Shown in pieces: positions 57,614-64,000 of a DNA stretch of 64,000 bases (position 1 is its first letter; each line of letters opens with the position of its first letter). The notes under the pieces were generated by a model. The model was not told the DNA's origin and did no database searches. It saw only the letters and a list, made by a program, of their open reading frames with translations. Where the stretch lies: sequence record OR999189.1. One strand, written 5' to 3'. This DNA comes from Enterobacteria phage P922. The translations under genes were made by a program, and so were the position numbers.

Positions 57614-57848
57614 ATTAAGTTGGTGGCAGTTTAAATCTCTTATGACAAGTGTTAAAGATGTCATTGAAGAAAATCCAGGTCCTGAAAATATTACTATTCG
57701 CGAAAAAGCTTCAAAGATAGTATACAGTCTTGAAGAGATACAAAAAGACATTGAATCTGTGGCAAAATTTATTGATGAGCCCATTAATAAAGTTTATATT
57801 CAAGACTATACTGTAGGTCAAATTCGCGATTTAGCAAGGAAAATTTAA
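57606..57848 (+). CDS. hypothetical small protein, tandem paralog
   Basis: ORF track 57591..57848; ATG 57606 overlaps upstream stop; LEEIQKDIESVAKFIDEPINKVYIQDYTVGQI. Confidence 0.5.
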   Translation: MIELSWWQFKSLMTSVKDVIEENPGPENITIREKASKIVYSLEEIQKDIESVAKFIDEPINKVYIQDYTVGQIRDLARKI

Positions 57849-58531
57849 TGTTTGATTTTATTATAGATTTTGAAACAATGGGAAGTGGTGAAAAAGCAGC
57901 TGTTATTGATTTGGCTGTAATTGCTTTTGACCCTAATCCAGAAGTCGTTGAAACATTCGATGAATTAGTTTCACGTGGCATTAAAATCAAATTTGATTTA
58001 AAAAGCCAAAAAGGACATCGTCTTTTTACTAAAAGCACTATCGAATGGTGGAAGAATCAATCTCCTGAAGCTAGAAAAAATATTGCACCGTCCGATGAAG
58101 ATGTAAGCACTATCGACGGTATTGCGAAATTTAATGATTACATCAATGCACATAATATCGATCCTTGGAAATCTCAAGGCTGGTGCCGTGGAATGTCGTT
58201 TGATTTTCCAATTTTAGTCGATCTCATTCGTGATATTCAACGTCTTAATGGTGTTTCTGAGAATGAACTTGACACATTTAAGTTAGAACCATGTAAATTC
58301 TGGAATCAGCGTGATATTCGTACCAGAATTGAAGCACTTCTACTTGTTCGTGATATGACAACGTGTCCCCTTCCAAAGGGAACTTTAGATGGATTTGTTG
58401 CGCATAATTCTATTCATGACTGTGCGAAAGACATCCTGATGATGAAGTATGCTTTGCGATACGCTATGGGTCTTGAAGATGCTCCATCAGAGGAAGATTG
58501 CGATCCTCTATCTCTTCCAACAAAACGATAA
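57848..58531 (+). CDS. dexA: exonuclease A (DexA, DEDDh family)
   Basis: 227 aa; N-terminal DFETMG exonuclease motif. Confidence 0.88.
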   Translation: MFDFIIDFETMGSGEKAAVIDLAVIAFDPNPEVVETFDELVSRGIKIKFDLKSQKGHRLFTKSTIEWWKNQSPEARKNIAPSDEDVSTIDGIAKFNDYINAHNIDPWKSQGWCRGMSFDFPILVDLIRDIQRLNGVSENELDTFKLEPCKFWNQRDIRTRIEALLLVRDMTTCPLPKGTLDGFVAHNSIHDCAKDILMMKYALRYAMGLEDAPSEEDCDPLSLPTKR

Positions 58532-58537
58532 AAAGTT

Positions 58538-58567
58538 GTTTACTTCCTCGGTTAGTTGTGGTATTAT
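58538..58567 (+). promoter_or_regulatory. early promoter
   Basis: GTTTAC 58538-58543, 18 nt, TATTAT 58562-58567. Confidence 0.5.
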
Positions 58568-58594
58568 AACACCATAGCTACTGAGGATAATAAA

Positions 58595-59095
58595 ATGAAA
58601 ATTTATCGTGTTGAATCATCTTTTAGTATTCTTAATAATGAAGATGCTATAACAATACGTCGAAATCTTTGTGTTCAAATAACGCCATACAGGAGTATAA
58701 TAGATTCATGGAGCGAAGAGTGGCTATTACACGTAGGTTATGACAGACCTAATTTTATGCATCATAGTAATGATAATAAAAGAATTCCTCTTCCACATGA
58801 AGACAAATTATTAGTTAAAAATGCTAATATCGTAATTAATACTAAGTTCAAGAAAGATTATGTTGGAGTAGAATATCATATTCCAGGATGGTTTATAGGT
58901 CTTTATCATTTTGCTTTCGCTAGCGAATATGATATGATGAGATGGTTCACACGAGAAGAGCGTGAAGAATTATCTTCTAAGGGATTTTATCTTGCTGTAT
59001 ACGAAGTGCCAGATGACCAAGTTATCATTGGCGGACGCCAAGTAATGTTCCGCAAATCGCATGCTGAACTCGTAGATTTTATTGAAATGAGATAA
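58595..59095 (+). CDS. hypothetical protein
   Basis: ORF track 58556..59095; ATG 58595 with GAGGATAAT RBS. Confidence 0.5.
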   Translation: MKIYRVESSFSILNNEDAITIRRNLCVQITPYRSIIDSWSEEWLLHVGYDRPNFMHHSNDNKRIPLPHEDKLLVKNANIVINTKFKKDYVGVEYHIPGWFIGLYHFAFASEYDMMRWFTREEREELSSKGFYLAVYEVPDDQVIIGGRQVMFRKSHAELVDFIEMR

Positions 59096-59097
59096 TT

Positions 59098-59640
59098 ATG
59101 AAATTTAATTATAATCCTGAATACACTCCAAATCCGGTAGCTAAACTGATTGATTTTGATGTTGTAAGCACTTATGTATGCCCTGTTAAACCGCTGGAAA
59201 TTAAGGAACCTACTATGACTACCGCTATTGAAATCGGCAAAACTTACAAACTGGTTGAACCTAAAATTAAAACTAATGCCTTGATTTCCGGCCATAAAAC
59301 TCTGACTGTTGTTTTTGGCGAAGGCGAATTTATTGTTGAAGACTTTGAAAAAAGTAAATGGTTTACTAAATCTTATATTGTCCACGGTCGTCGTTTAGAC
59401 AATAACAAAATAGAGAAAATCCTGGTTTATGAAGAAGAGTTCATCCTGTTCCAAGAAGTTGAAGAACAAGACCCTACTGACCTTCTAACTCGTGCTGTAG
59501 CTATTAAGACCCCATTTGTTTCGGTCTGTGGTTGGGTAACAGACCAGTGGATTGAAGATGGCGTTGAACTTCTGAATGTTGTTCATGCAGGTGATTTTAG
59601 TGTAGTACCTCGTAGTGCAGTGGTAGCTATTTTGAATTAA
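59098..59640 (+). CDS. hypothetical protein, paralog pair member
   Basis: C-terminal VCGWVTDQWIEDGVELLNVVHAGDFSVVP resembles ORF 59717..60214. Confidence 0.5.
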   Translation: MKFNYNPEYTPNPVAKLIDFDVVSTYVCPVKPLEIKEPTMTTAIEIGKTYKLVEPKIKTNALISGHKTLTVVFGEGEFIVEDFEKSKWFTKSYIVHGRRLDNNKIEKILVYEEEFILFQEVEEQDPTDLLTRAVAIKTPFVSVCGWVTDQWIEDGVELLNVVHAGDFSVVPRSAVVAILN

Positions 59641-59642
59641 TA

Positions 59643-59672
59643 GTTTACAAACTCTTGGGACCAGAGTATAAT
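59643..59672 (+). promoter_or_regulatory. early promoter with inverted repeat around -10
   Basis: GTTTAC 59643-59648, 18 nt, TATAAT 59667-59672; GGACCA...TGGTCC flanks the -10. Confidence 0.55.
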
Positions 59673-59716
59673 GGTCCTGTGGAGTATAAAATCTTTTTAA
59701 CAAGTGAGAGATAACT

Positions 59717-60214
59717 ATGATTATTAATATTGGTGAAATTGCTCGTGTATCTGATAAATCCCGTTCTAAAGCAGCAGGAAAATTGGTCGAAATTGTAAGC
59801 ATTCAGCTTAAACATGGGGTTAAAGATGAAGATTCTGAAGTAAAAGTGCGTATCATTCCTAAAGATGGAAAGTCTAAACCTCAGTTTGGCTATGTTCGTG
59901 CGAAATTTCTTGAATCTGCGTTTTTGAAAGCTGTTCCCGCTAAAGGAATTGAAACGATTGATACTTCGCATGTAGGTGTAGACTTTAAGTGGAAACTCGG
60001 TCAAGCTATTAAGTTCATTGCTCCTTATGAATTCGAATTTACTGAAGATGAGGAAGGGGTTGTTCAAAAACACCGTACTCGTGCTATGTGCGCATACATT
60101 ACCGATCAGTGGGTAGAAGATGGCGTTAAGTTGTACAACGCGGTATTTTTAGGAACATACAAAGTCATTCCTGAAAGTTGGATTAAACACTATAGCAAAG
60201 CTCGCTGTGCATAA
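59717..60214 (+). CDS. hypothetical protein, paralog pair member
   Basis: C-terminal MCAYITDQWVEDGVKLYNAVFLGTYKVIP. Confidence 0.5.
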   Translation: MIINIGEIARVSDKSRSKAAGKLVEIVSIQLKHGVKDEDSEVKVRIIPKDGKSKPQFGYVRAKFLESAFLKAVPAKGIETIDTSHVGVDFKWKLGQAIKFIAPYEFEFTEDEEGVVQKHRTRAMCAYITDQWVEDGVKLYNAVFLGTYKVIPESWIKHYSKARCA

Positions 60215-60243
60215 AGTTTAAAATTTTTCATAAAACTATATAC

Positions 60244-60286
60244 ATCAGTAGTTGATTATGGTACTATATCAATATCAACTACTGAT
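60244..60286 (+). repeat. perfect 13-bp inverted repeat enclosing a -10-like TGGTACTAT element
   Basis: ATCAGTAGTTGAT at 60244-60256 and its reverse complement ATCAACTACTGAT at 60274-60286. Confidence 0.7.
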
Positions 60287-60385
60287 ACAGAAAACAACTT
60301 GGAGAATAAAATGGATAATTCGTTAAAGGTGCTGATACTCTTCTGAAACGCATCGCTCCAATGTTCAATTAATGAGGAAATTGTA

Positions 60386-60601
60386 ATGAAACGTAAAATT
60401 GTTCAGAATTGCACTAATGATGAATTTGAAGATGTATTATTTGATCCAAATTTGGTAGTAGTTCAAAAGGAACATACTAGCAAGTTTACTCACTTGACTT
60501 CTGTTTATGTGTATGAGAAAGTCGGTGATAAACAACCAATTTATGGCGTATTTCGTGAAATCACTGAAGATGGTACAACTTACTGGAAGGAAATTTATTA
60601 A
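60386..60601 (+). CDS. hypothetical small protein
   Basis: ORF track; GAGGAAATT RBS. Confidence 0.5.
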   Translation: MKRKIVQNCTNDEFEDVLFDPNLVVVQKEHTSKFTHLTSVYVYEKVGDKQPIYGVFREITEDGTTYWKEIY

Positions 60602-61026
60602 TGGCTATTAAATTTGAAGTTAATAAATGGTATCAATTTAAAAATAAACAAGCTCAAGAAAAATTTATTAAATATCATACTGAAAACGGAATTTATGCAC
60701 GACGTTTAGGTATGGAACCTTTTAGAGTTACAGATATTGACTATCTTGGTCGTCCTACTAAACTTGTGACATCTAGTGGAAAATTGGCGTTATCTTCTGG
60801 TAAAGATATTTTGGATGAAGATTTTATCTGGCTTTCAGCGAGCGAAGCTGAGTTCTTTAATGAAGTGGAAAATCCATACCAGGCAGCCGAAGAGCAAGAG
60901 CAGGAAGAGAAAGAGCAAGAACAGATAGAAGATTTCACAGAATTCCCGGTCATGAAAGTTACTATTGAAAATAATGAACATGCGTGGTCCTTGTATCAGA
61001 TGTTGAAAGCTCACTTTAAGGAATAA
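60601..61026 (+). CDS. hypothetical acidic protein
   Basis: ORF track; Glu-rich segment [12 protein letters not shown]. Confidence 0.5.
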   Translation: MAIKFEVNKWYQFKNKQAQEKFIKYHTENGIYARRLGMEPFRVTDIDYLGRPTKLVTSSGKLALSSGKDILDEDFIWLSASEAEFFNEVENPYQAAEEQEQEEKEQEQIEDFTEFPVMKVTIENNEHAWSLYQMLKAHFKE

Positions 61027-61028
61027 TT

Positions 61029-61205
61029 ATGCCTCTTTATGATTATAAATGTCAATCCAAAGACTGTGCAAAAGAATACGAAAAAATCAAGAAAATTTCT
61101 GAAAGGGATACTGATGTATGTCCTGATTGTCATCGGATTGCTATTCGGTTAGTTTCCGCTCCTAAGCATGTGAATGGTGGTTTTTACGACTTACTTAAAG
61201 GGTAA
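61029..61205 (+). CDS. 58-aa zinc-ribbon protein (FmdB-like CxxC...CxxC)
   Basis: MPLYDYKCQSKDC...CPDCH; below track cut-off. Confidence 0.45.
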   Translation: MPLYDYKCQSKDCAKEYEKIKKISERDTDVCPDCHRIAIRLVSAPKHVNGGFYDLLKG

Positions 61206-61207
61206 TT

Positions 61208-61579
61208 ATGTTTAAAATCGGTAAGAAGTATCGTATTCGCGAAGGCGAAGAAAAGAAATATCTAATGTCTGCTATTTATAGGAATGGTTCTATTAATGCC
61301 GTAATATCTACAAGCGAATTTATCGTTGAAGATATGAAAGGTAATAATGTTACAATGATTAGTACAGCATCTGGAAATGATGGAAAAATTCTTCACAGTT
61401 TTCAGAGTAATGTTCTAATTTATGATGAAGAATTTGACCTATTCGAAGAAGTTCCCGAAGATTTTGATTTTGAATGTACTATTACTATGAAATCTGGTGA
61501 CCCTCTTTCTTTTACAGTTAAAGATGAAAGAAGTCGCTTGAGAATTATTAGTCTTCTTCAAGCCATTAAATTTAAGTGA
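61208..61579 (+). CDS. hypothetical protein
   Basis: ORF track. Confidence 0.5.
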   Translation: MFKIGKKYRIREGEEKKYLMSAIYRNGSINAVISTSEFIVEDMKGNNVTMISTASGNDGKILHSFQSNVLIYDEEFDLFEEVPEDFDFECTITMKSGDPLSFTVKDERSRLRIISLLQAIKFK

Positions 61580-61845
61580 AAATTATGAAATATATTAATC
61601 GTTCTATTGCAGCATTAGTATTAGCAGTGTCTTTAGTAGGATGTACTGATGCTGATAATGCAACCAAAGTTTTGTCTTCAAGTGGTTTTACTAATATTGA
61701 AATCACTGGATATAATTGGTTCGGTTGTTCTGAAAATGATTTCCAACATACTGGATTTCGTGCTGTTGGACCTACCGGGCAGAAAGTAGAAGGAACAGTA
61801 TGTTCTGGGCTGTTCTTTAAGGATTCAACTATTCGTTTTAAATAA
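61576..61845 (+). CDS. small lipoprotein
   Basis: Signal peptide with lipobox LVGC (MKIMKYINRSIAALVLAVSLVGCTD). Confidence 0.55.
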   Translation: MKIMKYINRSIAALVLAVSLVGCTDADNATKVLSSSGFTNIEITGYNWFGCSENDFQHTGFRAVGPTGQKVEGTVCSGLFFKDSTIRFK

Positions 61846-61846
61846 A

Positions 61847-61863
61847 AGGCCTTCGGGCCTTTA
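61847..61863 (+). terminator. rho-independent terminator
   Basis: AGGCC-TTCG-GGCCT then TTT. Confidence 0.65.
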
Positions 61864-61914
61864 GCTTTATGATTACCGGAGTATAATATTCCCGAAACCA
61901 AACGAGGATAAGTG

Positions 61915-63732
61915 ATGATTAAGAATGAAATTAAAATTCTGAGCGATATTGAACATATCAAAAAGCGTAGCGGCATGTACATTGGCTCTTCCGCTAATGA
62001 AATGCATGAGCGCTTTCTGTTTGGTAAATGGGAAAGTGTTCAGTATGTACCTGGTCTTGTTAAGCTTATTGATGAAATTATCGATAACTCAGTAGATGAA
62101 GGTATTCGTACTAAGTTTAAATTCGCAAATAAAATTAATGTTACTATTAAAAACAATCAAGTAACAGTTGAAGATAACGGTCGCGGTATTCCACAGGCGA
62201 TGGTTAAAACACCTACTGGTGAAGAAATTCCTGGTCCTGTTGCTGCATGGACTATTCCAAAAGCAGGTGGTAACTTTGGTGATGATAAAGAACGCGTCAC
62301 TGGCGGTATGAATGGTGTTGGTTCTAGTTTGACAAACATTTTTTCTGTGATGTTTGTCGGTGAAACTGGTGATGGTCAAAATAATATTGTAGTTCGTTGT
62401 TCAAATGGCATGGAAAATAAATCATGGGAAACTATTCCAGGAAAATGGAAAGGAACTCGTGTTACTTTCATTCCTGATTTTATGTCATTTGAAACTAATG
62501 AGCTGTCCCAAGTTTATCTTGACATTACACTAGATCGTCTCCAGACACTTGCAGTAGTTTATCCTGATATTCAATTTACCTTTAATGGTAAAAAGGTTCA
62601 GGGCAATTTTAAGAAATATGCACGCCAATATGATGAGCATGCTATCGTTCAAGAACAAGAAAATTGCTCTATTGCGGTTGGTCGTTCACCGGATGGTTTT
62701 CGTCAATTAACTTATGTGAATAACATTCACACTAAGAATGGTGGCCATCACATTGACTGTGTTATGGATGATATTTGTGAAGACCTTATTCCACAAATCA
62801 AACGTAAGTTCAAAATTGATGTGACTAAAGCACGCGTTAAAGAATGTTTGACTATCGTTATGTTTGTCCGTGATATGAAAAACATGCGATTTGATTCTCA
62901 AACTAAAGAGCGTTTGACTTCTCCATTTGGTGAAATCCGTAGTCATATTCAACTTGATGCTAAAAAGATTTCACGTGCTATTCTAAATAATGAAGCAATT
63001 CTAATGCCGATTATTGAAGCTGCTTTGGCTCGTAAATTAGCGGCAGAAAAAGCAGCAGAAACTAAAGCAGCTAAAAAGGCTTCTAAAGCTAAGGTTCATA
63101 AACATATTAAAGCGAATCTTTGTGGTAAAGATGCTGATACTACTCTTTTCTTGACTGAGGGTGATTCGGCTATCGGATATCTTATTGATGTTCGTGATAA
63201 AGAACTTCACGGTGGTTATCCATTACGTGGTAAAGTTCTCAACAGTTGGGGTATGTCATATGCTGACATGCTTAAAAACAAAGAACTGTTTGATATTTGC
63301 GCAATCACTGGATTAGTTCTCGGTGAAAAAGCTGAAAACTTGAATTATCATAATATTGCTATTATGACTGATGCTGACCATGATGGTCTAGGAAGCATTT
63401 ATCCTTCTCTGCTTGGATTTTTTAGTAATTGGCCAGAACTGTTTGAGCAAGGACGAATTCGCTTTGTCAAAACTCCTGTAATCATCGCACAGATTGGTAA
63501 AAAACAAGAATGGTTTTATACAGTCGCTGAATATGAGAGTGCTAAAGATGCTCTACCTAAACATAGCATCCGTTATATTAAAGGACTTGGCTCTTTGGAA
63601 AAATCTGAATATCGTGAGATGATTCAAAATCCAGTATATGATGTTGTTAAACTTCCTGAGAACTGGAAAGAGCTTTTTGAAATGCTCATGGGAGATAATG
63701 CTGACCTTCGTAAAGAATGGATGAGCCAGTAG
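61915..63732 (+). CDS. 39: DNA topoisomerase II large subunit gp39, unsplit (39 plus 60-equivalent)
   Basis: ~605 aa continuous ORF with GHKL ATPase N-terminus and Toprim-like C-terminus; ATG 61915 after GAGGATAA RBS. Confidence 0.9.
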   Translation: MIKNEIKILSDIEHIKKRSGMYIGSSANEMHERFLFGKWESVQYVPGLVKLIDEIIDNSVDEGIRTKFKFANKINVTIKNNQVTVEDNGRGIPQAMVKTPTGEEIPGPVAAWTIPKAGGNFGDDKERVTGGMNGVGSSLTNIFSVMFVGETGDGQNNIVVRCSNGMENKSWETIPGKWKGTRVTFIPDFMSFETNELSQVYLDITLDRLQTLAVVYPDIQFTFNGKKVQGNFKKYARQYDEHAIVQEQENCSIAVGRSPDGFRQLTYVNNIHTKNGGHHIDCVMDDICEDLIPQIKRKFKIDVTKARVKECLTIVMFVRDMKNMRFDSQTKERLTSPFGEIRSHIQLDAKKISRAILNNEAILMPIIEAALARKLAAEKAAETKAAKKASKAKVHKHIKANLCGKDADTTLFLTEGDSAIGYLIDVRDKELHGGYPLRGKVLNSWGMSYADMLKNKELFDICAITGLVLGEKAENLNYHNIAIMTDADHDGLGSIYPSLLGFFSNWPELFEQGRIRFVKTPVIIAQIGKKQEWFYTVAEYESAKDALPKHSIRYIKGLGSLEKSEYREMIQNPVYDVVKLPENWKELFEMLMGDNADLRKEWMSQ

Positions 63733-63761
63733 TTTACTTTACCACAAGGATGTGGTATAAT
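63732..63761 (+). promoter_or_regulatory. early promoter (near-identical copy of 18947)
   Basis: GTTTAC 63732-63737, 18 nt, TGTGGTATAAT with -10 at 63756-63761. Confidence 0.6.
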
Positions 63762-63786
63762 TAATTGGGCAAATGAGGATATTGAA

Positions 63787-63990
63787 ATGAAATCATATAA
63801 AGTAAATTTAGAACTTTTTGATAAAGCAGTTCATCGAGAATATAGAATCATTCAACGCTTTTTCGATATGGGAGAAGCCGAAGAATTTAAAAACCGCTTT
63901 AAAGATATTAGAGATAAAATTCAATCCGACACTGCAACTAAAGATGAATTACTAGAAGTTGCTGAAGTTATTAAGCGTAATATGAATTAA
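63787..63990 (+). CDS. hypothetical small protein
   Basis: ORF track; GAGGATATTG RBS. Confidence 0.5.
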   Translation: MKSYKVNLELFDKAVHREYRIIQRFFDMGEAEEFKNRFKDIRDKIQSDTATKDELLEVAEVIKRNMN

Positions 63991-64000
63991 TGAGGAAATT

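Noticed and set aside
61915-63732. Gene 60-type translational bypass element
   Set aside because: Topoisomerase subunit is encoded as one uninterrupted ORF; no in-frame stop followed by a coding gap.

Overview
This window reads as a T-even (T4-like) Escherichia phage early/middle region, reverse-complemented relative to the usual T4 map, so almost every gene is on the + strand. Core genes recognised by sequence run from the e.x/nudE/e (lysozyme) cluster through internal-protein genes, denV, regB, tk, rI, nrdC, gene 49, nrdD/nrdG, gene 55, alpha-gt, 47/46, rpbA, 45/44/62, regA, 43, imm, 42, uvsX, 40, 41, dmd/sp, 61, 56, soc, modB/modA, dda and dexA to an unsplit gene 39. The unsplit 39 and a non-T4 glycosyltransferase at the beta-gt locus suggest a T2/T6-type phage. 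Between the core genes are many small accessory ORFs driven by repeated early promoters (GTTTAC -35, TATAAT-like -10, often inside inverted repeats) and closed by CUUCGG-tetraloop terminators. Best candidates for undescribed biology: a tandem array of four coiled-coil-tailed paralogs (17.0-21.0 kb), a nucleotidyltransferase-fold protein with membrane and duplicated neighbours (11.4-14.0 kb), an AAA+ ATPase cassette (14.6-15.6 kb), a reverse-strand membrane-protein gene between 61 and 56, and an expanded accessory island between 41 and 61. All names rest on my recollection of T4 proteins and motifs; no database search was run.
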